From a virus: 64,000 bases of DNA. Both the position numbers and the translations under genes were made by a program. The notes beneath the pieces were generated by a model. That model ran no database searches and had not been told where the DNA came from. It saw only the letters and a program-made list of their open reading frames with translations. Positions 7,985 through 17,155 of this stretch are shown here, piece by piece; within the stretch, counting starts at the first letter, position 1, and every line of letters starts with the position of its first letter. The DNA lies in the IMG/VR virus record IMGVR_UViG_3300023202_000068, positions 64,001 through 128,000 of that record; one strand, 5' to 3'.

Positions 7985-10501
7985 ATGGCAGAAGACAAAA
8001 AAGCAACATTTTCTATAAGACCTGGTATCGACACCTCTGAGTTCGACAAGGGCATGGCTGATATTCAGCGTAAACTGCGTAATTTACAGCAAGAATCGCG
8101 TAGAGCTGAAAATATTACAAAAACACTAGGCGCTGACCCAGTATTAGGCCCTGCTGCGAAAAAATACTTCGACCCACAAGCGGAGCTTCAAAGTCTCAGG
8201 CAAAAAGATCAAGAACTTACGAAAGAATTTCAAAAAGAACAAAACAGGCTCAACCAGAAGATGGCTCGTGTTAAAGAGCTGGTAGGACTAGAGGGTGAGC
8301 TTTCCAAGAAACAACAAGAAAGACTAGATCAGCTTAAGGCAGAAACTGCAGAGATAGAAAAGCAACAAAAATTGAGAGTTGCTGAAGCTGGTGGTGTAAG
8401 ACAAGCCCGAATGGATATGGGAGACACTACTGTCCCAGGAATGCCAGAACAACCTGGTAAACCTGGTGTGGGCTCTACTATCATGGGTGTCGGACGTAGT
8501 ATGCTTGGCGGTATCGGAGCAGCCGGTTTAGTTCAAGGTATTAGTAATGCAATTGTTACTGGTATTGGCGACATCATCTCAAGAGATCGAGTCATATCTC
8601 AAGCAAGAGGCGGCGCACTTAGAGGCGGAGTCAACCAAGACATTAGAGCACAATATCAAGGTCGGGGTTCAGAAGCTTTCTTCTTTGCAGAAGAGCGTGC
8701 GCAAGCTATGCGTATGGCACAGAGTGAGGCGGAAGGCGAGAGAGTCAAGACAGGAGTTGGAACTCTTGGTTCTATAGGTGCTGGTATGGCAGGAGGAGCC
8801 GTTGCCGGTTCTTTCTTTGGTGGTATCGGTGCAATCCCAGGCGCTGTAATTGGTGGTGGATTAGCTCTTGGAGCTAGAATGGTAGGAAGTAGTCGGGCAA
8901 GAAATCAAATATTTGACCCAACACGTTTTGGCGCTGAACTAAACGAAGAGGCTATGCAGAGGTACAATGCCAACCTTGGTGCCCTTAAAGAACAAAATAT
9001 TAACAAAACATTAGCTGGAGAAGAGTTCTTTGGTAGAACTAGACAAATGTCTCAGCTTGAAAGAAGTTTAGGGATTAACACTAGAACATTAGTTGGCGAT
9101 GCTGAACAACAGTTCGACGCTTCATCAATTATGAATCTACCTGCAGGTCAGTCTATGTACGGTGGAGGCAAAAGCTTTAGCGAGTTGCAAAGAGAAGGTC
9201 AAGCTAGAGTAGAGCAGGCAAACGCCGGTAGACAGCGTGGATTACTACAGACTCAAATGGACGTAGGTTTGAGAATGGGAGGTCTAGCGTTTGAAGAAGA
9301 TGTTGTACAAGAAAGAATGCAAGGAATACTTGGTGCTGGTGGAACCACTTCTGCGGCGCGTGGTCTTGCAGGTGTTTCAGAAGGAATGCGCAGGCAGTTT
9401 GATTTAGGAAATGCAGATCAACTCGTAGGAAGAATTACAGGTCAAGCAGGAATGGAAGCCGGACAGACAGAAGACCAGATGAAGCGTTTTTTAGCCGAGG
9501 CACAAGCGGCTGGTATTGAACTATCTGGAATGCCGAAAGAACTTGAAAGATTTACCGAGATGTCCTCTAAACTTATCACTGCAGGTGGTGGTGTTGCAAG
9601 CGGTGCAGGAGAACTTGCAGCAGCAGCCCTAATAGGAACTGATGCCTCAGCAATATCTGCAGCAGGCGGTGCTACACAGAGATTTATGCGAAGAGGAAAA
9701 CAAGCAGGTGGTTTTGAAGGCCAAATGGGTATGGGTTTCTTACAAGGTGACCTGTCTGAGTTTGGCTTTAAAGGAAAACTCGACTCCGATCAAATCAACC
9801 TACTAAACCAAACCTCATATGGCGAGGCTCGTGACGAAGACTTTTTAGCAATCGGTGAAAGTTTAGATATTTCTCCAGAACAAGCGGAAGACCTACTAAG
9901 ACAAAAAGATCTGTTTAAGCAAACCAGAACGGGTAGAGAGCGTGACGCTATTGGTGAGCTAGGTTCTTTTATGAAGGAACAAGGGTTTACTTCAGTAGAA
10001 GAAGCGGAAAATGCCGAAGGCGATATAGGTAAGCGTTCTAGAGAATTGCTGATGAAAGTCAGGGAAACAAGAGCGGCTTCAATGGGTACGCAGTTCACCG
10101 GAATGAGTGGTGACGAACAGCGTGCAGATATAAATCAATTGGCTAGGTTGTCGGCAGGCTTTGAGGTTCCAAAAGAATTAGATATGTCTGGTGTAAACGC
10201 ACAACTTCAAGCTCCAGGCTCTACATCAGAGCAAGACAGAGGTGCGAGGGCAGAGAGTGACAAGGTAAGACTAGATAATTTAGCCAACAACCTAGACTCA
10301 CTTGCTGAGGCAGCCAAGAAACACGCTGAAGAGGCAGATATCTTTACCCTACAGATGCAAAAGTTTAATGAAGCCCTATCTAAAGCCAACGACTCCGGTG
10401 CACTTAGTACTTTAGCCGATGACTTAGAATCTATTCGAGACAGTATTCAGCGAAACAGACAGTCTGGCGGAAACATACCTTCAGGCGCACCAGGAGATTA
10501 A
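7985..10501 (+). CDS. tail tape measure protein
   Basis: 838 aa, Ala/Gly/Gln-rich helical, coiled-coil N-terminus, Gly-rich hydrophobic segments; followed by hub and spike genes. Confidence 0.75.
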   Translation: MAEDKKATFSIRPGIDTSEFDKGMADIQRKLRNLQQESRRAENITKTLGADPVLGPAAKKYFDPQAELQSLRQKDQELTKEFQKEQNRLNQKMARVKELVGLEGELSKKQQERLDQLKAETAEIEKQQKLRVAEAGGVRQARMDMGDTTVPGMPEQPGKPGVGSTIMGVGRSMLGGIGAAGLVQGISNAIVTGIGDIISRDRVISQARGGALRGGVNQDIRAQYQGRGSEAFFFAEERAQAMRMAQSEAEGERVKTGVGTLGSIGAGMAGGAVAGSFFGGIGAIPGAVIGGGLALGARMVGSSRARNQIFDPTRFGAELNEEAMQRYNANLGALKEQNINKTLAGEEFFGRTRQMSQLERSLGINTRTLVGDAEQQFDASSIMNLPAGQSMYGGGKSFSELQREGQARVEQANAGRQRGLLQTQMDVGLRMGGLAFEEDVVQERMQGILGAGGTTSAARGLAGVSEGMRRQFDLGNADQLVGRITGQAGMEAGQTEDQMKRFLAEAQAAGIELSGMPKELERFTEMSSKLITAGGGVASGAGELAAAALIGTDASAISAAGGATQRFMRRGKQAGGFEGQMGMGFLQGDLSEFGFKGKLDSDQINLLNQTSYGEARDEDFLAIGESLDISPEQAEDLLRQKDLFKQTRTGRERDAIGELGSFMKEQGFTSVEEAENAEGDIGKRSRELLMKVRETRAASMGTQFTGMSGDEQRADINQLARLSAGFEVPKELDMSGVNAQLQAPGSTSEQDRGARAESDKVRLDNLANNLDSLAEAAKKHAEEADIFTLQMQKFNEALSKANDSGALSTLADDLESIRDSIQRNRQSGGNIPSGAPGD

Positions 10502-10503
10502 GA

Positions 10504-12372
10504 TTGGGATATGTAAAGGATATTAGGCAAAACGCTTTTGATTCACAACAGACTTCTCCAGCTTACGTCGTTACCTTCGTGCGATGGTCTAATAGAGACA
10601 CATATAACTATGACAACAACGGACCTCTTGACACTAGAGCGCCACTGGTCGTTGTTAACGATGCTTTAGATATAAATATTTCAAATACAAAACAAGGAAT
10701 GTCCCCGACCTGCTCTATTCAATTAAAAGGTGGAGACCTTAACTACGCAACTGCAGTACATCCAGGCGACTTTGTGATGGTTAATATGTTGAATTGGCCT
10801 AAAGACGCTATGAGAGTTAGACAAAATGCGCTAGCTCGAAAAGCTATAAACAAGGTAGGTGACGGATTTAAGGGTATGTTTAAGATACAAAGTGTTGTAA
10901 AAAATGTAACAACTCAGAAAAACGGAATGAAGACACTCACCTACTCTATTACTGCTGCAGGCTTTACAGAGTTCAACAATACTATTTATTATAACCCAGC
11001 AATTGCCGCTGCTTTTTCAGACAGGGGTACAAACCTATATCAAATACTAATTGGTGAGTTTTACCAGGACAAGTTAAAGACAAATTCTGAAGTTCAAATT
11101 ATCATGAAGGATTTGTTTAAGATATTGTTGGGAAAGTCTAGTAAAGATAGAGATGTGAAGATAAAGAACTTTGGAAATAAGCACTTTAAGGTCCCAACAC
11201 TTCTAGGTCAGCTTTTAGGTAAAAATAAAGCCCAGTATGCAAATGAGATTTATAATTATATCCTAGGTATCTGGACTAACGATACTCAGGCTAATACTAA
11301 TGATTCAAATATAGCTCTAGGCTTTAACCCAAAAATAGAACCAGACCCAGAAGGTAACTTCTTTAGAACACCAAACTCTATCTTGGGTAACAAAGAAGTG
11401 TTTATAGAGAACTGGAATAATTCTACGGCTTGGTCAATATTACAACAAAATCTAAACTCAGTATTAAATGAAATGTATACAACTTACCGTGTAGCTCCAG
11501 ATGGCTCTGTTCAACCCACTGTGGTAGTTAGACAAAAGCCGTTTACTACGAAACATTTTTACAATCAGCGATCTAAGTTAGTACCTAACTATCAACTTAC
11601 TTTATTTGAAGAGCTTCCTAGATGGAAAATATCAGCTAACCTCATGCTACAACAGCAAACAAGTAAGAACGACGCGGCTAGATTTAATTTTGTACAAGTT
11701 TACACAAGATCATTGGCTGATGTTGCTGAGCAAGATATGGCTCAACAGATTTCACAAAACAACTTTGTAGAAGACCCAGGTGATATACAAAGAAATGGAT
11801 TAAGACCATATGTGGTTAGATCTAACTTTGATTTTCCTACGAAGGACCGGAATAAGCGAATTAGGGCACCAGAGTGGGCTAAAATTGTCAGCGACTGGAT
11901 TATTGATGGTCACTTAAAAGAGTCTGGTACTTTTGTATTCTATGGTATTCAAGATCCTATCTCTGTTGGTGACAATATTGAGTTTGATGACATAGTTTAT
12001 CAAATTGAAACTATAAATCACAAGATGAACATAGCTCCTAACGGAACGAAGACTTGGAGAACTACAGTAAATGTTTCATACGGTATGAGTAAAGGATCTT
12101 CTGTTAAAGGCCCTGTTTATGCCAACATGGAACATACGGATGCATACACAGAGCGAATTGAAGACTTTGAAAATGAAAGAATTCTACCAGGTATAGGTGA
12201 TACCCAAGACCTACCAGGTCGATCTTTGGGTGAAGAAACTAAAGAGACTAGGCAAGGTAGCTTCACACCTCCAGATTTAAGAAAGACTAGGCAGAAGACG
12301 CAGGAATCTAATACAGGACAAGACTCAAACTTTCAACAAAATGAAGATGGAAAGTCTAGGAAGAAAACATGA
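10504..12372 (+). CDS. baseplate hub / tail-associated protein
   Basis: follows the tape measure; TTG start; C-terminal ESGTFVFYG..ISVGDNIEF..YQIETINH is typical of hub proteins. Confidence 0.65.
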   Translation: MGYVKDIRQNAFDSQQTSPAYVVTFVRWSNRDTYNYDNNGPLDTRAPLVVVNDALDINISNTKQGMSPTCSIQLKGGDLNYATAVHPGDFVMVNMLNWPKDAMRVRQNALARKAINKVGDGFKGMFKIQSVVKNVTTQKNGMKTLTYSITAAGFTEFNNTIYYNPAIAAAFSDRGTNLYQILIGEFYQDKLKTNSEVQIIMKDLFKILLGKSSKDRDVKIKNFGNKHFKVPTLLGQLLGKNKAQYANEIYNYILGIWTNDTQANTNDSNIALGFNPKIEPDPEGNFFRTPNSILGNKEVFIENWNNSTAWSILQQNLNSVLNEMYTTYRVAPDGSVQPTVVVRQKPFTTKHFYNQRSKLVPNYQLTLFEELPRWKISANLMLQQQTSKNDAARFNFVQVYTRSLADVAEQDMAQQISQNNFVEDPGDIQRNGLRPYVVRSNFDFPTKDRNKRIRAPEWAKIVSDWIIDGHLKESGTFVFYGIQDPISVGDNIEFDDIVYQIETINHKMNIAPNGTKTWRTTVNVSYGMSKGSSVKGPVYANMEHTDAYTERIEDFENERILPGIGDTQDLPGRSLGEETKETRQGSFTPPDLRKTRQKTQESNTGQDSNFQQNEDGKSRKKT

Positions 12373-13418
12373 GTATAAACTACAAACCAATTCTACCAGC
12401 AGGACTTGTTAGGTCTCGAAACAACGAGACAGAGGCAAACTTTGGATTGCGTGTTAAGAATAACATGTCTTTAAAGAACGGTGTGGTTTTAGAGGTATTA
12501 GAAACCAGCGATGAAAAGAACCAATCCAAGCTAGTCCCTGAATACAACGTCATGGTAATTGAGGACGGCAACACAGCTATATATAAGAACATTATTGCAG
12601 TAGACGGTTTTGGTGGTAACGCCGACTACATGCAAAAGAAGTATAGAGCCCCGAAAGACCCTAAGAAGGTTCAACAGTCTGGTTCATTCAAAGATCAAGA
12701 CGGATCAATTGTACTACTACTATGTCTTGACGGTAATGCTGAAAAAGCTGTAATACTTTCATCAATATCCCACCCTAGTAAGATAGAAGACGACATAGTT
12801 CTTTCAAAAGAAAAAGGGCATCACCTAGAGGGTGAGTTCAACGGTCTTTTCTGGTCAATTGATAAGGAAGGTGCGCTGCGCATTGAGTTTAAGTCGGCTA
12901 CAGAGGTTGATGGAACTCCGAAGGACGAAGAAGCAGGCGGAACCTTTTTAACCATAGAAAAAGACGGCTCTGTACAGATTAATACAGGCGAAGACGGCGA
13001 AGTCATTAGAATAGATAAGACTACAAAAGACATCTCCATAACTGCTGGGAATAACGTATCAGCTAAAGCCGAGACAGATGTTAATATTGAGTCTGGAGCT
13101 AACACTGGTGTTACAGTAGGTGCTGACTTAGCGGCAAGTATAAGCGGAAGTGCTGCTATTACTATCGGCTCTAGTCTAGAACTTAAAGCTGAGAGTGATG
13201 TAAAAGTTATATCACCAACTATCGAGATCACAGCAGATACCTTGTTTAAGGTGCAGTCTCAACAAATTAACTTAATGGGTGAAACAGTTTTAGTAGGTGG
13301 AGCAGGCGCTCCTGCGTTAGTACTAAGCACTCAATTTTTAGGTACGGGTAATTTAGGTGCTCCGGTCATCTCACAGGCGATTGGACCATTTAGTAGTAAG
13401 GTGCTAATCGCTACATAG
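12369..13418 (+). CDS. baseplate central spike (gpV/gp5-like)
   Basis: N-terminal OB-like region, C-terminal short beta-repeats (ISITAGNNVSAKAETDVNIESG...). Confidence 0.7.
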   Translation: MSINYKPILPAGLVRSRNNETEANFGLRVKNNMSLKNGVVLEVLETSDEKNQSKLVPEYNVMVIEDGNTAIYKNIIAVDGFGGNADYMQKKYRAPKDPKKVQQSGSFKDQDGSIVLLLCLDGNAEKAVILSSISHPSKIEDDIVLSKEKGHHLEGEFNGLFWSIDKEGALRIEFKSATEVDGTPKDEEAGGTFLTIEKDGSVQINTGEDGEVIRIDKTTKDISITAGNNVSAKAETDVNIESGANTGVTVGADLAASISGSAAITIGSSLELKAESDVKVISPTIEITADTLFKVQSQQINLMGETVLVGGAGAPALVLSTQFLGTGNLGAPVISQAIGPFSSKVLIAT

Positions 13419-13431
13419 GAGGGGAAAGTGA

Positions 13432-13635
13432 ATGAAGCCATACAAAAAAAGACACCATCAATGGAAAATGAATTACGACAAGAAGCCGATGGGCAAAGAA
13501 AGAAGATTTGTGGAGAAAAGTGTGCGTGCCAGTGCAAAACAAGAGATAAAAAGAGAGATGAAAAATGATGACCTATATGATAATAGGGATGCTGATGGTC
13601 GCAGCGTTTCGAATATTCGACAAAAAGACCGTTAG
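13432..13635 (+). CDS. small basic hypothetical protein
   Basis: AGGAGG RBS, Lys/Arg-rich. Confidence 0.55.
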   Translation: MKPYKKRHHQWKMNYDKKPMGKERRFVEKSVRASAKQEIKREMKNDDLYDNRDADGRSVSNIRQKDR

Positions 13636-14071
13636 AGTTGAGTGGCAGGCTATTGGAGGCTTTCTTGGCTTCATGGCTGTTGTAACTTTTTTAAGAATAT
13701 CAATGTACGATTACGTACACATGGCAGACCCAGACTTTATACCAAAAATGCACGGGGCTTTACTTGAAATGCCCAAGATCATGTTTTCACTGGTTTGGTG
13801 GGAGGATGGTTTTTACGTACTCCCTATTGTATTGGCGTTTAGATATCTGCCAAAGAAGATTGCTATAGCTTTCGCAATTTTTATGTCTGCTTGGTTTGGT
13901 ACAGGACACCTTTACCAAGGTATCAGTGGTGTATTTATTACATCATTATATCCATACTTAGTAGCCTATCGCTTTGGAAAGAAGTATGGTTACGGCACGG
14001 TTATGGTCGGTCACGTTCTTTATGACTATATTACATACTACACAGTTATCGTTGCACCACTCTTGCTTTAG
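13565..14071 (+). CDS. CPBP (CAAX/Abi) family intramembrane metalloprotease
   Basis: multiple TM helices; WEDGFY (EExxxR-like), FGTGHLYQG, GHVLYD. Confidence 0.75.
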   Translation: MMTYMIIGMLMVAAFRIFDKKTVRVEWQAIGGFLGFMAVVTFLRISMYDYVHMADPDFIPKMHGALLEMPKIMFSLVWWEDGFYVLPIVLAFRYLPKKIAIAFAIFMSAWFGTGHLYQGISGVFITSLYPYLVAYRFGKKYGYGTVMVGHVLYDYITYYTVIVAPLLL

Positions 14072-14080
14072 TGGTATATT
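14052..14080 (+). promoter_or_regulatory. sigma70-type promoter driving candidate sRNA-1
   Basis: TTGCAC-17 nt-TATATT with extended TG at 14072-14073. Confidence 0.65.
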
Positions 14081-14086
14081 ATAAAT

Positions 14087-14157
14087 AAGACTGGCTTTTT
14101 TCATCTAGTCTCCTTTGGGTAACCCCTGTCGATTTAATGTTGACAGGGGTTTTTTTA
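14087..14157 (+). ncRNA. candidate ~70-nt anti-RBS small RNA (sRNA-1)
   Basis: hairpin AGACTGG/CTAGTCT with loop CTTTTTTCAT, then CCTTTGGGT, then an intrinsic terminator; complementary to AAAGGAGA...ATGAAAAAA of gene 14218. Confidence 0.55.
14121..14156 (+). terminator. intrinsic terminator
   Basis: AACCCCTGTC...GACAGGGGTT followed by a T-run. Confidence 0.8.
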
Positions 14158-14168
14158 TTAGATACGAT
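14140..14168 (+). promoter_or_regulatory. sigma70-type promoter for 14218, overlapping the terminator
   Basis: TTGACA-17 nt-TACGAT. Confidence 0.7.
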
Positions 14169-14217
14169 AGAAATGATGGTATCTAACAATAACAAACATA
14201 TATAAAGGAGAAATTAT

Positions 14218-15165
14218 ATGAAAAAATTACTATTACTGTGTATTACAGTAATGGCAGCAGGTTGTGCTAAAGATGGTACAGTGCGATTGCCAGACCTTGG
14301 TCCTGAAGTAAAACTACTTCAAGCCAATGATGAACTTCAAGACATGAGACTCGATAGTCTTGAAATTAGAGTAACAGATCTTGAGTCGAGAATGTCAGAT
14401 GCAGAAGACGCTATTGACGCTAACGAAGAGAAAATCTCTGAGCTTTGTGATTCTGTTGCAGATCTAGAGGAAGACCTTGACGCATTGAGATCAGAACTTC
14501 GATCAGAAGTTAGAAGTCTTCGTCGTGCCGATAGACAACAGAGACGCACACTACGTAGAAAAGTACGTAAATTGCGCATGAAGTTGTTGGCAGAAATGCG
14601 GTCTCGACAATCTGCAGATCAAGCATTGCAGAGAGAAATCGATAGTTTAGAGCGCACAGTTCGTCGTAACACTGCTATTCAGTCTCTAATCAACGGCTTC
14701 CTAGCATACGGTCTATATCAGACTAATCAGCGTATCGATCAGTTGCAATCTAGAATCGCTAGAGCCCTTTCTGATCTAAATAGTCGTGTTGGAGTTTTAG
14801 AGAGCGAAGTTACTGATATCCAAAATAACATCACAAGAATTGCTTCAGCTATTAGAGGTATTTACACTAGAGTTGGCGAATTGGAAAGCAGCATGATCAG
14901 TGTTGATGAGCAATGTGACGGTAGCTACCTACTCAATACTCCAGACGGTACTTTCGGTATTGGCTATGAAACTCGTGAAGTTACGGAAAACTTTAGCATT
15001 GGCGACACAGTTCAATACTTTGATTGCGAACTTACAGTTCGTGGAAGGTGTTTTAAAGGACAAAATCGATCACTTACTATTAGTGACAGCGGTAGCGTTA
15101 CTTTTGACGTAATCGACGACGTAATGCTTATGGAAATTCCAGCACCTACTTGTGAGGGGGAATAA
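14218..15165 (+). CDS. coiled-coil lipoprotein
   Basis: MKK + lipobox AAGC; long heptad coiled coil; Arg-rich central block; Cys-containing C-terminal head. Confidence 0.75.
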   Translation: MKKLLLLCITVMAAGCAKDGTVRLPDLGPEVKLLQANDELQDMRLDSLEIRVTDLESRMSDAEDAIDANEEKISELCDSVADLEEDLDALRSELRSEVRSLRRADRQQRRTLRRKVRKLRMKLLAEMRSRQSADQALQREIDSLERTVRRNTAIQSLINGFLAYGLYQTNQRIDQLQSRIARALSDLNSRVGVLESEVTDIQNNITRIASAIRGIYTRVGELESSMISVDEQCDGSYLLNTPDGTFGIGYETREVTENFSIGDTVQYFDCELTVRGRCFKGQNRSLTISDSGSVTFDVIDDVMLMEIPAPTCEGE

Positions 15166-15167
15166 TC

Positions 15168-15587
15168 ATGAAAGCACTATTTTTAGCACTCACACTAATG
15201 GTAACTCCAGCTTTTGGGTTTGAAGTACCTAAAGATGCGGTTATTAAGGTTTACGATAAGAGCGGAAAGCAAATTGGTGAAATGAAGCGGTCTGAGTATA
15301 AAGTAGTAAAACTAGGTACATCAAAAGTAAAGATTGTTGAGAAAAGAGTTGAAGTACCTGTTCAAAAGATTCGCAAAGTTAAACACCACAAGTCTGTAAT
15401 TGTACACGCAGGCGCAGGACCAAACGGACTTAGGGCAAGAAATAACGGAGAAGAGTTTGTAGTAAGAGAAAGACAGAGACCAGTCGGAGGATTGACTGGA
15501 TGTGTGTCTGAAAATGGTACTGGTATTTGTGCTAGCGCATTTACTAACGAGACGCTAACTCTCGGTATCAAATTTGATTTTGATTAA
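15168..15587 (+). CDS. secreted protein with C-terminal amphipathic beta-strands (outer-membrane anchor-like)
   Basis: SPI signal (PAFG/F); ends TNETLTLGIKFDFD; paralog of 18478..19023. Confidence 0.6.
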   Translation: MKALFLALTLMVTPAFGFEVPKDAVIKVYDKSGKQIGEMKRSEYKVVKLGTSKVKIVEKRVEVPVQKIRKVKHHKSVIVHAGAGPNGLRARNNGEEFVVRERQRPVGGLTGCVSENGTGICASAFTNETLTLGIKFDFD

Positions 15588-15594
15588 TAAACAT

Positions 15595-15667
15595 GATGCT
15601 GTAGCTCAGTTGGTAGAGCAATGGATTGATAAACCATAGGACGGGGGTTCAAGTCCCTCCAGCATTG
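15595..15667 (+). tRNA. tRNA-Ile(GAT), atypical; CCA not encoded
   Basis: acceptor GATGCTG/CAGCATT, D-arm GCTC/GAGC, anticodon arm ATGGA-TTGATAA-ACCAT, T-arm GGGGG-TTCAAGT-CCCTC. Confidence 0.8.
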
Positions 15668-15770
15668 GTTCTGCCGTTGGCAATTATCTAGGATACTGTA
15701 TTGCTGCAGCCTAGTGAGCCGCAGGTAGTTTAGCCGAACCCATAGGTACAGACAGCAATTGAACTATGGG

Positions 15771-15818
15771 GCTGTGATGTGTTAGGCTTGTAAAAACACC
15801 ATCACAGCACTTTTTTTT
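15771..15818 (+). terminator. intrinsic terminator after the tRNA region
   Basis: GCTGTGATG(TGTT)...(AACAC)CATCACAGC + T8. Confidence 0.8.
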
Positions 15819-15828
15819 AGGAGGAATA

Positions 15829-16113
15829 ATGTATTCAGAATATGGATTAAAAAGCACCGACGAGGTCTTGGAATATATCGAGCGGTACAAGAAAAGACTT
15901 GCCAAGAGAATGACTAGACATAAGGAGTTGTTGAACGATTCGACTCAAGAAAGATTTAAAGACATGCATATGAGGGCTGTTCTGAGTATCAACGCAGAGC
16001 AAACTGCCCTAACTAACGTCAAAAACAAGATTACAGGTGAGTGGAAAAAACTACAAGAAGACTATAAAAAGATACTGGAGGAAGCTGGTGATAATAATAC
16101 GAGGTGTGACTAG
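15829..16113 (+). CDS. hypothetical protein
   Basis: AGGAGG RBS. Confidence 0.65.
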   Translation: MYSEYGLKSTDEVLEYIERYKKRLAKRMTRHKELLNDSTQERFKDMHMRAVLSINAEQTALTNVKNKITGEWKKLQEDYKKILEEAGDNNTRCD

Positions 16114-16288
16114 ACACGCATCAGTAGAGAACAACTTTGAAGATTCAGATGCTGTAAAAGCTGAAGAGTACCAGAACATGTTGCATGAGAATGATTGGGA
16201 TGATGTTAGGTGGATTCACATACCTGGAATGACCTATGAGCAGTACATAAAAGAATATATGAAGAGAATGAACGGAGTGTTTGAATGA
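16088..16288 (+). CDS. hypothetical protein
   Basis: GTG after GGAGG, in frame with ORF 16037..16288. Confidence 0.55.
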   Translation: MIIIRGVTRHASVENNFEDSDAVKAEEYQNMLHENDWDDVRWIHIPGMTYEQYIKEYMKRMNGVFE

Positions 16289-17103
16289 AGATCGAAAAAG
16301 TAAGTATGGAAGATATAAACTTTGGCTTTACCCTCCTTAAGTCTTTTAGGGAAACTGGTTTTGCAATCATTACAGATCACGGTTTAGATAAAGAAACCCT
16401 TAACGAGTATTACGATAAGTGGTATAGGTATTTTTTAAGCGAAGATAAGCACGCAGATTTATCTGGAGAAGACCACTCAGGCTACTTTCCAATGAATAAG
16501 GAAAAAGCCAAAGGCGCTATCGTTGCAGACATGAAAGAGTTCTTCCACTACTACCCATCTCTAGTTAAAGACCCACTGTTCGGTCTTTCCGATATAGTAT
16601 ATAAACAACTTAATCAGATTGCAGAACTTACACTTACTCGCATTGAAGATCAGCTACCTTCACAGATTGCTCAAGGTCTATCAATGCCGCTGTCATGGAT
16701 GATTCAAAACTCAGAAAAAACGCTCCTTAGAGTGTTACACTACCCACCAGTTAAAGATATTCCACAAGGCGCAGTGAGAGCTGCAGAGCATGAGGATATC
16801 AATTTAATCACCATCTTACCTGGTGCTACTGAAATGGGGCTTGAGGTAAAGGCTGCAGACGGCTCCTGGCTTCCTGTAGAAGCCGGTACGGAAGACTTAG
16901 TAGTCAATGTCGGAGATATGCTGCAAGAGGCTACAGGCGGATATCTGAAGTCCACGCCGCACCGTGTAGTTAACGTCGGCATGGAGACATCTAGACTTTC
17001 TTCACCTTTATTTCTCCACCCACGTCCTGAAGTAGTTTTATCTGATAAATACACCGCAGAGTCGTATCTAGATGAAAGACTTAAGGAATTAGGTCTAAAA
17101 TAA
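16285..17103 (+). CDS. isopenicillin-N-synthase-family 2OG-Fe(II) dioxygenase
   Basis: TGFAII DIOX_N-like region, LLRVLHYPP, HED (HxD), VNVGDMLQ, STPHRV (distal His), RLS (RxS). Confidence 0.88.
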   Translation: MKIEKVSMEDINFGFTLLKSFRETGFAIITDHGLDKETLNEYYDKWYRYFLSEDKHADLSGEDHSGYFPMNKEKAKGAIVADMKEFFHYYPSLVKDPLFGLSDIVYKQLNQIAELTLTRIEDQLPSQIAQGLSMPLSWMIQNSEKTLLRVLHYPPVKDIPQGAVRAAEHEDINLITILPGATEMGLEVKAADGSWLPVEAGTEDLVVNVGDMLQEATGGYLKSTPHRVVNVGMETSRLSSPLFLHPRPEVVLSDKYTAESYLDERLKELGLK

Positions 17104-17106
17104 TTC

Positions 17107-17134
17107 TTGACTTTTTTACACCCTCTTGTATAAT
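17107..17134 (+). promoter_or_regulatory. sigma70-type promoter
   Basis: TTGACT-16 nt-TATAAT. Confidence 0.7.
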
Positions 17135-17155
17135 ATACATAAACAGGAGGGTAAT

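Noticed and set aside
13958-14104. Minus-strand 48-codon ORF (MKKASLIYNIPLKQEWC...) with AAAGGAGA RBS
   Set aside because: It lies almost entirely antisense to the CPBP gene and I saw no clear minus-strand promoter; the RBS-like text is better explained as the anti-RBS of plus-strand sRNA-1. Not fully excluded.
14218-15587. Spanin pair (lysis)
   Set aside because: Topology does not match i-spanin/o-spanin, the promoter is host-type rather than the late motif, and no holin or endolysin is adjacent.
15667-15770. tRNA-associated theta/HDV-like ribozyme
   Set aside because: Could not build P1/P1.1/P2/P3 in the required order; no suitable L3 or J4/2 catalytic C context.
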